NCBI GenBank assembly: GCA_965219925.1
Contig: OZ244795.1
Span: forward strand, 1,981,622 to 2,045,621
Length of the DNA: 64,000 nucleotides
Direction of reading: 5' to 3'
From: Dehalococcoidia bacterium
Lineage (GTDB): Bacteria; Chloroflexota; Dehalococcoidia; Lucifugimonadales; UBA3495
Made by a program: the position numbers and the translations under genes. Position 1 is the stretch's first letter. The number at the start of each line of letters is the position of its first letter. This document shows positions 21,648 to 31,611 of the stretch, one piece after another. Under the pieces are notes generated by a model. That model was not told where the DNA came from, ran no database searches, and saw nothing but the letters and a program-made list of their open reading frames with translations.

Positions 21648-22952
21648 TCAGGCCTCGCCGACGCCCGCCGCGTAGTCGGCGCCGATATGACCGGCGGCTT
21701 CGAATTCAGCGCATTCCGCGGCGGAATAGCCCAGCAGTGTCCGATAGACATAATCGTTATCCTGCCCCAGCATTACCGGGCCCCGCCGGATTCCCAACGG
21801 CGTTTCCGACATTTTGTACAGGGCACCGTGGTAAAGGTGTGTACCGCAATCGGCCTGGGAGGCGGGTTGGAAGAACTGCCGGTTTTGGATGTGCGGATCG
21901 GCGAACGCATCGACCTGGTTCATTACGGCGCCGGCCGGAACGCCGGCCCGCTGCAGGATGTTCATGGCGTCGGTGGGAGATTGGGTATTGGTCCAGGCGA
22001 CGATGCGCGGGTCAATTTCGTCCTGCCGGGCCAGGCGGGCGGCGGCGTCCTGCAACCCGGGGTCGGAGGCCAGTTCGGGACTCCCGATTACGGTGCAGAG
22101 GTCCTGCCATTGCTGCCGGTCATACACGGTAATGACGATCCAACGATCGTTGCCGGCGCACGGGTAGCAGTTTTGCAATGCCGTGGGGTGCCGGTTGCCC
22201 AGCGTTTCATGGGTGCGGCCATTCGTCACGTAGTCCATGTAATATTCGCCCAGGAACGGAAACACGTTCTCAGCCTGGCCCAGTTCGACGAGCTGACCCT
22301 CGCCGGTGCGCTTGCGGTGGCGAAGGGCGGCCAGGACTGCGAACGCACCCTGCACGCCGGCGGCTGCGTCGGACATGAGCACAGTGGTGTTGTATGAAGG
22401 GTCGGTATCGGTGTAGCCGCGGAGTTGGGTGTGGCCGACCACGCCTTCAATATGGACCCCGTGGGCGCGGTAGTCACGGTAGGGGCCGGTACTGCCGTAG
22501 GCGGGCATCCGGAGCATGATGAAATCGTCTTTAACGGCCTTCAGAGACTCGTAGGATATGCCCAGCTTCTCCATGGTTTCGGTGGGGTTGTTTTCTATCA
22601 GCACGTCGCTGATTGACACCAGGCGGTCGAAAATCTCGCGGCCGCCGGGTTCCAGGAGGTTGACAGTCATGCTGCGCTTGTTGCGAGCGTGGGAGTTGAA
22701 CATGGGGGAGCGGTTGAAGGGGCGTTCGCCGGGAACGCGGTCGGGTACGCCGCCAGAGTAAAGGGGCAGGTTGTCGATCACGGCCTGGGGCGGGTGAGGC
22801 GCGGCGCCCCTGGTGAGCGGAACGAAGGTGTTGGTGGACTCAACCCGGATAACCTCGGCGCCCAGGTCCGCCAGGAAAGAACCGCAGTACGGGCCGGCCC
22901 AGACTACGGTTATTTCCAGGACGCGCAGGCCCGTCAGTGGCAGTTGAGGCAT
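21648..22952 (-). CDS. CoA-transferase family III (CaiB/BaiF)
   Basis: PLTGLRVLE...WAGP, LADLGAEVIRVE, RNKRS, SDVLIEN, GPYRDY; start trimmed to MPQLP. Confidence 0.92.
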   Translation of the reverse strand: MPQLPLTGLRVLEITVVWAGPYCGSFLADLGAEVIRVESTNTFVPLTRGAAPHPPQAVIDNLPLYSGGVPDRVPGERPFNRSPMFNSHARNKRSMTVNLLEPGGREIFDRLVSISDVLIENNPTETMEKLGISYESLKAVKDDFIMLRMPAYGSTGPYRDYRAHGVHIEGVVGHTQLRGYTDTDPSYNTTVLMSDAAAGVQGAFAVLAALRHRKRTGEGQLVELGQAENVFPFLGEYYMDYVTNGRTHETLGNRHPTALQNCYPCAGNDRWIVITVYDRQQWQDLCTVIGSPELASDPGLQDAAARLARQDEIDPRIVAWTNTQSPTDAMNILQRAGVPAGAVMNQVDAFADPHIQNRQFFQPASQADCGTHLYHGALYKMSETPLGIRRGPVMLGQDNDYVYRTLLGYSAAECAEFEAAGHIGADYAAGVGEA

Positions 22953-22959
22953 GAAAAGG

Positions 22960-24228
22960 CTACTCCTGGTTTGACTTTCCTCGCAATACGACTCCACGGC
23001 TCTCCATCTCCGCGATCTGCGGCTCGTCGAATCCCAATTCGCCAAGTACGTGCCCGGTGTGTTGCCCGAGCATCGGGGCCGGATACCGGAGTTGCCAAGG
23101 AGACTTTTCCATGATGAACGGACGCCCCGGGTAACGCAGGCGGCCAGATTCCGGATGGTCGATTTCAGCAAAAGCGCCGCGGGAATTGAACGACGGATCG
23201 GCGTCGATATCGGCCATCGAGTTGATGGGGCCGGACAACACGCGATGGGATTGGGCGGCCTGCCAGGCCTCGGCCCGGGTGAGATTCAGCAGCCACGGAA
23301 GAAAGTGCAGCGACTCAAACTCGTCCTGCAGGTGCGGGTTCCCCTGGGATTCGGGGTTGTTCCATCGTTCCTCGGTCAATTCGGCGGGGTGCCCAAGCAT
23401 TGCCACGGCCCGCGGGAAATACATGCGGCTGCCGTTGATCTGGAAGTAGCCGTCCGCGCAGGGGTACACCGCATTGGGATAGCCGCCGGAGCCGCCGGAC
23501 GCTGGGCGATGGCTCAACTCGCCAGTGTATTGATGCGCGAGCAGGGCGCTGCCGCGACGGTCCACTGAACCAAGCTGGGTTTCCAGAATCGATACGTCGA
23601 TGTGTTGGCTGGGCGGCGAGTCGTCGGTGGCGTCGTCGGACGCAGATTGAAAGGAACCGGCCAGGCAGGCGCCCATGGTGGCAACCGCGGCGACGGCCCC
23701 GGCCTGGTAGAGACCGACATTCCCGCCCAGTTTGATGGGTTCGCGGTCGGCCAGGCCGGTGGAGTGCATCTCGCCACCCATGCCGTAGAAGATGATCTCT
23801 GACCCGAGATAGTCGCGGTACGGGCCGTTCTGTCCGAAGTTGGAAATGCTGGTGTAAATGAGATCAGGATTGAGGCTAATCAGTTGCCGGTATCCAATCC
23901 CGAGGCGGTCGGCAACGCCCGGCCGGAAATTTTCGACGATGATGTCGGCCCATCGTACCAGCGGGGCGATGACATCCGGCGCGCCATCGGATTTCAGGTC
24001 GACGACGATGCCGCGTTTGTTGGTGTTGAGGTGCAGGAATAGCCCGCTCTTTTCCTGATGCGGAACATCCTGGGGGAATGGGCCACGCCGCCGCGCTCCG
24101 TCACCCCTGGGTGGTTCGACTTTGATAACGTCGGCGCCATAATCGGCCAGGAGTTTGGTGCAATAGGGGCCAGCGACGTAATGGGTGAAGTCGAGGACTT
24201 TGAGGCCGGTCAGCGCTCCGTCGGGCAT
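22960..24228 (-). CDS. CoA-transferase family III (CaiB/BaiF), second subunit/paralog
   Basis: LTGLKVLDF...AGP, LADYGADVIKVEPP, LNTNKRG, ENFRPG, SISNFGQNGPY, APMLGQHT. Confidence 0.93.
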   Translation of the reverse strand: MPDGALTGLKVLDFTHYVAGPYCTKLLADYGADVIKVEPPRGDGARRRGPFPQDVPHQEKSGLFLHLNTNKRGIVVDLKSDGAPDVIAPLVRWADIIVENFRPGVADRLGIGYRQLISLNPDLIYTSISNFGQNGPYRDYLGSEIIFYGMGGEMHSTGLADREPIKLGGNVGLYQAGAVAAVATMGACLAGSFQSASDDATDDSPPSQHIDVSILETQLGSVDRRGSALLAHQYTGELSHRPASGGSGGYPNAVYPCADGYFQINGSRMYFPRAVAMLGHPAELTEERWNNPESQGNPHLQDEFESLHFLPWLLNLTRAEAWQAAQSHRVLSGPINSMADIDADPSFNSRGAFAEIDHPESGRLRYPGRPFIMEKSPWQLRYPAPMLGQHTGHVLGELGFDEPQIAEMESRGVVLRGKSNQE

Positions 24229-24307
24229 AGTTTTTCATCCTGCCGCCGTTGCGGTGCGATGGGATACAATTGCATAAATCACCCGGTGGGTCAACCTGGA
24301 TTTGCCG

Positions 24308-24499
24308 CTCACGCGTACCCACTTTGTCAAACCAAACCAGCCTACTGTCATTGCGAGGAGCGCAGCCGCTCATGGTGAGCCTGTCGAACCACGTGGCAAT
24401 CTCGTTGAGGCTGAGCACACGACGGCGAACCATCATTGCTAGGGCGCCGAGATTGCCACGCTGCACTCGCAATGACAGATTAAAGTGGGTACGCGTGAG
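24308..24499. repeat. Nested palindromic repeat bounded by CTCACGCGTACCCACTTT inverted ends
   Basis: 18-bp perfect TIR; inverted copy of core palindrome with inserted GCTCATGGTGAGCCTGTCGAAC module. Confidence 0.9.
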
Positions 24500-24616
24500 G
24501 GATTTGCCGTTGATGGTTGGCTCAGCGTCCGTCCTGGCCTAGCCTAACGACCGGGTCGCAGAAGTGGCGGGGATGGTCGCGCTCCAGGGCTGGATCGGAT
24601 TGATGAGGTTGAGGCG

Positions 24617-25084
24617 ATGCCAACGTTCGAGTACTCGGCAATAGTGCCCTGTGCGCCGTTAGCGGCGTGGGCCGCGGTAACAGACTTCCCGAGCCGGCCG
24701 GTGCATTCTAGAAGATATCGCCGCGCCGATCTGCCGGACGGAGTCGTGCTTGAGCCGGGGAATCGTCTCAACCTGCAGATCGGGCGCGATCGATTCACCA
24801 GCGTCGTGATGCGGGCGGAACCGCCGGCTTTCCTCTGTCACCGCACCACCGGGCCGGGGTTCTGGTGCGAATATTCGTACAATTTACGGGAATGCAATGA
24901 CGGTGATCCCGGATACACGTCGGATGACCCCGGCAACGCGTTTTTGACGGTGACCGTAGAATACGGCGGGTGGTTGGGCAGATTGGTCGCGAATCTCAGG
25001 CCCGGAGCGTGCCGCCGTTACGTGGCGGATGAGGTGAATGCTATCGTGTCGGCAGCCGGGTCGGTCATGGCGGAACCCGTTTAG
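24617..25084 (+). CDS. SRPBCC / polyketide cyclase-like protein
   Basis: FEYS.IV......AWA.VTDF start and ...EPP..L pattern of START-like folds. Confidence 0.55.
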   Translation: MPTFEYSAIVPCAPLAAWAAVTDFPSRPVHSRRYRRADLPDGVVLEPGNRLNLQIGRDRFTSVVMRAEPPAFLCHRTTGPGFWCEYSYNLRECNDGDPGYTSDDPGNAFLTVTVEYGGWLGRLVANLRPGACRRYVADEVNAIVSAAGSVMAEPV

Positions 25085-25100
25085 CGGGCATGGCGGGGGG

Positions 25101-25245
25101 CAGGGCCTTTCGGTTTTCCTCATGTCATTGCGAGCGCAGCGTGGCAATCGCGTCGCCGTAGCAATGATGGTTCCCCGGCACGTGCTCAACCTCAACGAGA
25201 TTGCCACGTCGCTGCGCTCCTCGCAATGACAACCGAATGACCCTG
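25101..25245. repeat. Palindromic core inside CAGGG..TTCGGTT / AACCGAATGACCCTG ends
   Basis: Core closely similar to 3598-3706 and 44697-44805. Confidence 0.88.
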
Positions 25246-25301
25246 TGGCGGGGGGATAGTAAACTGGCGTTGCCGCGACACAATAATTATGGAGGATCCT
25301 G

Positions 25302-27386
25302 ATGGCTCAAATGGAAGGCCCGGCGGCTCCGGTCGCACCACAACGGTCCCATACGATTTCGGTTCACGGCGATGAACGCCATGATCCCTGGTTTTGGCTG
25401 CGGGACCAGGAAGACCCCGAAACCATGGAGTACCTGAAAGCGGAAAACGCCCATACGGAAAGGTATCTGGACCCCCTGCAAGGGCTGCAGGATCGGGTTT
25501 ACGCCGAGATTCGAGGGCGCATCAAGGAAGACGACAACACAGTGCCCGAGAAAGACGGCGAATATTTTTACTACGTGCGATTTGAAGAGGGAGGTCAATA
25601 TCCCATTTACTGCCGGCGTCACGGCAGCCCGGACGGGCCCGAGACGGTATTGCTGGACGTAAACCGGTTGGCGGAGGGTCAGGACTATACCCGGGTGGGG
25701 GCATTTAGCAACAGTCCGGACCATAAGCTGGTTGCTTATGGGGTCGATTTCGACGGGTCGGAACAGTTCACGATCCGAGTGCTGGACCTGGAATCGGGTG
25801 AGACCCTGCTTGACGCCATTCCGGGCGCCTACTACAGCCTGGAATGGGCCAACGACAACCGGACGTTTTACTACTCGATGCTCGACGAGCATCACCGGCC
25901 GGTGAGCGTCCATCGGCACGAACTGGGAGCCGATCCAACCGACGATCCGGAAGTGTATCACGAAGACGACCCCCGGTTTTTTGTTGGTTTGGGCAAGTCC
26001 AACAGCAACCGGTTTATCTACGTGGTGGCCGGGGGCAACAATATGTCGGAATGGCGGTTCCTGGATGCCAACGATACGGGCGGCGAACCGGCGCTGATAG
26101 AGGCCCGAGCAACCGATTTTGAATACGATGTGATCGATCACGGCGACCGGTTTTTCATCCGGCACAATGGCAACGGAGCCCGCGATTTCCAGTTGGCTAC
26201 CGCTCCCATCGCCGACCCGGGCTGGGCGAATTGGACCGGGTTCATGGAGCATGTGCCGGGACGTCCGTTACTGGACATCGACGCGTATAGCGGCCACCTG
26301 GTGGTGGCATGTCGCCAGGACGGCTTGCCGCAGGTGATGGTGATGCGGCTATCGGATGGCGACGTTCACTATGTTGAAGGGATTGATGAGGACGACTTTG
26401 CCATGTCGCCGAGGGGAGGCCGGGAATTTGATACGACGTCGTTGCGGTTTGGCTACACATCATTGAAAACGCCAGCGGCGGTGTACGATTACGACATGGA
26501 CTCGCGGGAGAGCGTGCTGCGAAAACAGCAGGAAATACCCTCCGGGTACGATGCCGACCAGTACGAAACCCGAAGAATCTGGGCCACCGCCCGCGACGGC
26601 GCTGCGGTTCCCATCAGCCTGCTGATGCTGCGCGGCACACCCATCGACGGAACCGCTCCGCTGTACCTGTATGGCTACGGCAGCTACGGTTTGAACATGG
26701 AGGCCAGTTTCGGAATCTCCGCCCTTAGCCTGGTCAATCGAGGTTTCGTTTTCGCCATCGCCCACATTCGCGGCGGGATGGAAATGGGGTGGGACTGGTA
26801 TGAAAACGGGAAGCTGCTGCGAAAGCGCAACACCTTCCACGACTTTATCGACTGCGCCGAGCATCTAATCGCAGAGAGATACACCTCAGCCGGTCGCATC
26901 GCGGCGGCGGGTGGCAGCGCCGGCGGGATGCTCATGGGCGCCGTGGTGAATGAACGGCCGGAATTGTTCGGCTGCGTGGTGGCGCACGTTCCCTTTGTCG
27001 ATGTGCTGAACACGATGCTGGACGACACGTTGCCACTCACCACGATGGAGTACAACGAGTGGGGGAACCCCAACGACGCTGAGTATTATCACTACATGCG
27101 GACGTATTCACCTTACGACAACGTGTCGGAGCAGGCCTATCCGCCGATGCTGGTTACCGGCGGCATCAGTGACCCGAGGGTCACGTACTGGGAGCCCGCG
27201 AAATGGGTGGCCAAGCTGCGCGCCATGCGCACCGATCACAACCCGTTGCTGCTCAAGATTCACATGGATTCCGGGCACGCGGGAGCCTCGGGGCGGTTCG
27301 AGCGCATCAAGGAGGTGGCCGAGGAATATGCGTTCATCCTGAGCGCGATGGGGATGGCGGACTCTGGAGATGATGCGGGAGGCTAG
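25302..27386 (+). CDS. ptrB: Oligopeptidase B (S9A)
   Basis: D.W.WLRD, YLKAEN, YGYGSYG, AHIRGG.E.G, GGSAGG nucleophile, VPFVDV, EWGNP, DPRV.YWEPAKW, GHAG. Confidence 0.96.
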   Translation: MAQMEGPAAPVAPQRSHTISVHGDERHDPWFWLRDQEDPETMEYLKAENAHTERYLDPLQGLQDRVYAEIRGRIKEDDNTVPEKDGEYFYYVRFEEGGQYPIYCRRHGSPDGPETVLLDVNRLAEGQDYTRVGAFSNSPDHKLVAYGVDFDGSEQFTIRVLDLESGETLLDAIPGAYYSLEWANDNRTFYYSMLDEHHRPVSVHRHELGADPTDDPEVYHEDDPRFFVGLGKSNSNRFIYVVAGGNNMSEWRFLDANDTGGEPALIEARATDFEYDVIDHGDRFFIRHNGNGARDFQLATAPIADPGWANWTGFMEHVPGRPLLDIDAYSGHLVVACRQDGLPQVMVMRLSDGDVHYVEGIDEDDFAMSPRGGREFDTTSLRFGYTSLKTPAAVYDYDMDSRESVLRKQQEIPSGYDADQYETRRIWATARDGAAVPISLLMLRGTPIDGTAPLYLYGYGSYGLNMEASFGISALSLVNRGFVFAIAHIRGGMEMGWDWYENGKLLRKRNTFHDFIDCAEHLIAERYTSAGRIAAAGGSAGGMLMGAVVNERPELFGCVVAHVPFVDVLNTMLDDTLPLTTMEYNEWGNPNDAEYYHYMRTYSPYDNVSEQAYPPMLVTGGISDPRVTYWEPAKWVAKLRAMRTDHNPLLLKIHMDSGHAGASGRFERIKEVAEEYAFILSAMGMADSGDDAGG

Positions 27387-27513
27387 TAGTCCGAAATCTT
27401 TGTAATGATGGGTTGATTGGTACAGGGCCTTTCCCCGACCATACAGGGCTTTATGGAGACTATCGTCGAGCAATCTGGCATTCCACACCCGTCATTTCAA
27501 GAATGTTGGTCTA
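27387..27513. mobile_element. Putative 127-bp MITE with imperfect TIRs and CTAG target duplication
   Basis: Left TAGTCCGAAATCTTTGTAATGATGGG vs reverse complement of right end TAGACCAACATTCTTGAAATGACGGG; CTAG at 27383-27386 and 27514-27517. Confidence 0.6.
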
Positions 27514-28314
27514 CTAGAGTCCGATGAACCGGCGGGCGTTTTCGCCGAGGATGCCCTCTACTTGTGGCGACGTGAGGGGCAGCGACGCCAGGAAATCGGA
27601 TTCGCTGGCCATGTCGGCGAGGGGGTAGTCGGTGCCGAAACAAACCTTGTGCGCGCCGTGTTTGTCGATGATGGCATGTACAGTATCGGCGGTGAGTTCG
27701 CGCAGCGTGGGCGGCCAAGTAGTGTCCACCAGGATATTTTCCTGTCCCAGCAGGACTCTTTCCGCCTCGTCCAGCATGTAGAACCCTCCCAAATGGAGGG
27801 CGATGACCTTGAGCTTTGGGAACTGCCGCACGATGTTCATGATGCGCTCCGGAGCGGCGTACAGCGGAGCGTCGTCGCCGACGTGGGGGAGCCGGCCGGA
27901 GTGGATGGCCAGGGTCATGTCATCGCCCAGCTCCTCATAGACCGGGAACCACTGCGGGTCGTCCGGATAGAACCCGTTGATCACCGGGTGCATCTTTATG
28001 CCCTTGACTCCGTTGGACCGCAGATGGCGAATTTCGGCAGCCTTGTCGGTCAGGTCGGGATGGACGGCGCCGAAGGGAATCAGCATGTCATCGGCGATGG
28101 AGATCAGCCAGTCGTTGGCCGGGCGCACCTGGTCAGCGCGGATGGCAACGCCCAGCACGATGGACTTATCCACACCGGAGGCTGCCATGTGCGCCTTGAT
28201 GCCGGCCACCGTGTTGGAGGCAATGGGAGCGAAGCCAAGGTCTGATTCCATGTTGTTTGCAACAGCATCGGCGATGCGGTCGGGCCAGATGTGAGTATGG
28301 ACATCCACGCGCAT
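27514..28314 (-). CDS. Amidohydrolase_2 family metal-dependent hydrolase
   Basis: DVHTH, GIKMHP, IHSG, HLGG, FGTDYP, ILGENA. Confidence 0.9.
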   Translation of the reverse strand: MRVDVHTHIWPDRIADAVANNMESDLGFAPIASNTVAGIKAHMAASGVDKSIVLGVAIRADQVRPANDWLISIADDMLIPFGAVHPDLTDKAAEIRHLRSNGVKGIKMHPVINGFYPDDPQWFPVYEELGDDMTLAIHSGRLPHVGDDAPLYAAPERIMNIVRQFPKLKVIALHLGGFYMLDEAERVLLGQENILVDTTWPPTLRELTADTVHAIIDKHGAHKVCFGTDYPLADMASESDFLASLPLTSPQVEGILGENARRFIGL

Positions 28315-28342
28315 TGGTCGAGTGTGGAGTGCTAAAATCGCT

Positions 28343-29581
28343 TCAGTATAGAGGGTTGAGTTCCGCGGTATCTATCCCCATCGATGTAAGTGCTGCCTTG
28401 TTCTTTTCCGAGGTTTTACGATTTAGCATTTCCCTAGTGCTATCATGAACCCGGTTGCCAAGCATACCGGTAGGGTTAAGGGCTGTCATTTGGTTGAAAG
28501 TGAACCAGCACTCGTCCAAATCATCGTCGGCCAATTCTACGAAACGCTCAAGGTCTTTAATGGCGTCCGTGATATAGCCCATGGCTGCGTGTGCTAGTGC
28601 TCTTGTTTTGTATGGCTTCGCCAGACCAGGGTACAGGCTGACGGCTTCATTTGACATCTGTAATGCCGTTCCATGGTCTCCACTCATACAAGCAATTACG
28701 GCGGTTGAGTAAGTTTCCATCGCGGCAACCCATTTTTCTTCTTGTTCTTGTAGGTATGCGACAGTGGTGTGGTTTCGGAACTGCACAGCAACACCGATAG
28801 GGGTAAGGCTATCATTATTCTCTGCAAACAGCGCAGAGCCATAATTTATCAGAGTTTCGATTACAGGCAAAGAATGGTTGTCTCGTGCTGCCGAATGCAA
28901 AGGCGTATTGCCATCGACGTTTCTAGCGTTTACATAACTGCCATATCTCAGGAGCGTTGCGATCAATTCAGGGTTTTGCGACCTTTGCGCTGCGAGGTGA
29001 AGAGAAATGTTCCCGTTATGGTTGGGAAGGTTGGGATTTGCCCCTCGCTGCACCAGTGCTTCAATGACTGCTGCACCGCAGTCTGCGCCTGCTGCCATGT
29101 GGATTGGCTTGTGATCGTGGTACACACTGTCGCTGTCGTTAATCTCCGGCACGTCGTCGAGAGCGGCAATTATGGTGGCATCATCTTGGTCTCGCCAGAA
29201 GCTATAATCCCATAATTCGTGGCGGGGTGATGGTGGTGCATAGGTTTCGAATGCCTTCATCCCACCGCGGTTGATGAGCAATTGTACGAGATTTGGACTG
29301 GCGCAATCCTTCAATATTGTCATTTGGAACGGTGTTACGCCCTCCCTATCCCGGGAGACCGGATTTGCGCCAGAGTCCAGAAACGCTCTCGCCGCCACAA
29401 CGTTATCGTTGAGAACGGCAATATGGAGGGGAGTCAAGCCTTGCGGAGGCATTGGCGCGTCAGGGTTTGCTCCTCTGCGGATGGCTGTTTGGATAGCTTC
29501 TCCGTTGCGGTCGCTGGCGGCCAATTGGTGGAGACTAGGCATATCGTTGGGACCTAGCATCGAGCGCACCCAATCGCGCAT
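28343..29581 (-). CDS. Ankyrin-repeat protein with C-terminal TPR-like helices
   Basis: GLTPLHIAV, GVTPF, KPIHMAA, SLHLAA, GNTPLHSAA, LTPIGVA; AV.LYP....YK.RALA...G....AI.D; visibly lower GC than neighbours. Confidence 0.88.
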   Translation of the reverse strand: MRDWVRSMLGPNDMPSLHQLAASDRNGEAIQTAIRRGANPDAPMPPQGLTPLHIAVLNDNVVAARAFLDSGANPVSRDREGVTPFQMTILKDCASPNLVQLLINRGGMKAFETYAPPSPRHELWDYSFWRDQDDATIIAALDDVPEINDSDSVYHDHKPIHMAAGADCGAAVIEALVQRGANPNLPNHNGNISLHLAAQRSQNPELIATLLRYGSYVNARNVDGNTPLHSAARDNHSLPVIETLINYGSALFAENNDSLTPIGVAVQFRNHTTVAYLQEQEEKWVAAMETYSTAVIACMSGDHGTALQMSNEAVSLYPGLAKPYKTRALAHAAMGYITDAIKDLERFVELADDDLDECWFTFNQMTALNPTGMLGNRVHDSTREMLNRKTSEKNKAALTSMGIDTAELNPLY

Positions 29582-29769
29582 GGTGTTCCTCCTGATTTGT
29601 TACCAACAATGAATATGGCCGACGGTGCCCGAAGCGTCAACCTACGGGCGTTCGGATAGTAGCGACCGAGCGATATTGAGTTCTGTAAATTTTACGAGAC
29701 TGGTGCAGAAAGAGGATTAGCGGCTATGCTATCATGTTTGACGATATTCTAGTCGAACTGTTGTGACCG

Positions 29770-30786
29770 ATGATTCGAGAAGCCATAACATCGGCAGTTG
29801 CCGGCCAGTCGTTATCGATGGACGAAGCCGTCTCCGTGATGCGCGAGGTGATGGAAGGCGAAGCGACGCCGGCGCAGTTGGGGGCATACCTGACCGCCCT
29901 GTCATTGAAGGGCGAAACCCCCGAAGAAATCGCCGGATTCGCCACGGTAATGCGGGGAAAGGCCCTGCGGGTCAATGTGGCTGGGCCGGCGGTGGACACC
30001 TGCGGCACCGGAGGCGATCAGAAGGGCACCTTCAATATCTCTACGGCGGCGGCCTTTGTGGTGGCCGGCGCTGGCCTGACGGTCGCCAAACACGGCAATC
30101 GCGCCGCTTCCGGAGCGTGCGGGAGCGCGGACGTGCTGGAAGCGCTGGGCGTTCGCATTGAGCTGCCACCCGAGGCGGTGGAGCGTTGTTTGAACGAAAT
30201 TGGTATCGGCTTCATGTTTGCGCCGGCGTACCATCCGGCCATGCGGTACGCGGCGCCGGTGCGGCGGGAAATCGGCATCAGAACGGTGTTCAATCTGCTG
30301 GGACCGATGACCAACCCGGCGAACGTGTCATCGCAGCTGATAGGCGTCGGTTACGCCGAAGCCACCGGAAGGATGGCGGAGGTCCTGCGGCTGCTGGGCG
30401 CACACCATGCCATCATAGTGCACAGCGAAGACGGCATGGACGAATTGTCGCTGGGCAGCGATACCGCCGGATGGGAAGTGCGGGACGGAGAGCTGCTGCC
30501 GTACCGGGTGCAGCCCAGAGAGCTGGGGTTGCCGTATGCGACGCCGGACGACCTTAAGGGTGGCAATCCGGAGGAAAACGCGGCGACGATGCGCAGCATC
30601 TTCTCAGGGGCGACCGGAGCGATTCGCGATGCGGTGGTACTCAATAGCGCCGCCGCCCTGGTCGCTGGCGACGCCGCAGCCACGTTGCCGGACGGTATCG
30701 AAATGGCATCTGCGTCGATAGCGGAAGGCAGGGCCGCGCGAAAGCTGGACGCGCTGGTCGAACTGTCGCAACGACTTGGTCAGTAA
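29770..30786 (+). CDS. trpD: Anthranilate phosphoribosyltransferase
   Basis: DTCGTGGD, FNIST, KHGNR, GSADVLE, RTVFNLLGP, DGMDE. Confidence 0.97.
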   Translation: MIREAITSAVAGQSLSMDEAVSVMREVMEGEATPAQLGAYLTALSLKGETPEEIAGFATVMRGKALRVNVAGPAVDTCGTGGDQKGTFNISTAAAFVVAGAGLTVAKHGNRAASGACGSADVLEALGVRIELPPEAVERCLNEIGIGFMFAPAYHPAMRYAAPVRREIGIRTVFNLLGPMTNPANVSSQLIGVGYAEATGRMAEVLRLLGAHHAIIVHSEDGMDELSLGSDTAGWEVRDGELLPYRVQPRELGLPYATPDDLKGGNPEENAATMRSIFSGATGAIRDAVVLNSAAALVAGDAAATLPDGIEMASASIAEGRAARKLDALVELSQRLGQ

Positions 30787-30806
30787 ACTCGGAGGGCGCC
30801 ACAGCA

Positions 30807-31610
30807 ATGCCAAGCATATTGGACCGGATAGTCGCAAAAAAGCGCGAGGAGTTGGCAGCGTCGGTTGCCACAACTTCGTTGCCCGAATTGCAGGATCGAA
30901 TCGAAACCCGTCCGGCGCCGCTGAACTTTGCCCGGGCGCTGGGCGGCGCCGGCATCAGCCTGATCGCCGAAGTAAAGAAAGCGTCGCCTTCCAAAGGACT
31001 GCTGCGCGCCGATTTTCACCCGGTGGAGCTCGCGATGACATACCGGGACAACGGCGCAGCCGCGATTTCGGTGATAACGGACAGCCATTTTCTGGGGGAA
31101 ATGGCGCACCTGACGGCGGTGAAGGAAAGCGGGGCGTCGGGTGGCGCTCCGGTTCTCAGAAAGGATTTTATTTTCGATGAGTACCAGATTTACGAAGCCC
31201 GCGCTATCGGAGCGGATACCTACCTGTTGGTCGTTGACATACTCACGCCGTCCCAATTGTCGGAACTGATCGGAGTTGGCAAGTCTTTGGGAATGACGCC
31301 GCTGGTGGAAACTCACAATGCCGATGAGATCGCGACGGCAGTCGCAGCGGGCGCTCAGGTCATCGGCATCAACAACCGGGACCTGCACACGTTCGTTACG
31401 GACCTGGCCACCACGGAATCGCTGGCGTCTTTGATCCCGGATGGCAAAATCATCGTCAGCGAAAGTGGCATCAGCACGCCCGATGATCTGGCCCGGCTGG
31501 AGCCATTCCGAGTCAACGCCGTGCTGGTGGGTGAAGCATTGGTCACCGCCGATGATACGGCGGCCCAGGTTCGGGCATTAGCCGGCGCAGCCGTGGTGGT
31601 AGACGCATAG
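30807..31610 (+). CDS. trpC: Indole-3-glycerol phosphate synthase
   Basis: IAEVKKASPSKG, LRKDFI, GINNRDL, SESGI, LVGE. Confidence 0.97.
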   Translation: MPSILDRIVAKKREELAASVATTSLPELQDRIETRPAPLNFARALGGAGISLIAEVKKASPSKGLLRADFHPVELAMTYRDNGAAAISVITDSHFLGEMAHLTAVKESGASGGAPVLRKDFIFDEYQIYEARAIGADTYLLVVDILTPSQLSELIGVGKSLGMTPLVETHNADEIATAVAAGAQVIGINNRDLHTFVTDLATTESLASLIPDGKIIVSESGISTPDDLARLEPFRVNAVLVGEALVTADDTAAQVRALAGAAVVVDA

Positions 31611-31611
31611 G

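Noticed and set aside
29600-29769. Trp attenuator or T-box upstream of trpD (uORF MFDDILVELL)
   Set aside because: No Trp codons, no terminator hairpin, no T-box consensus
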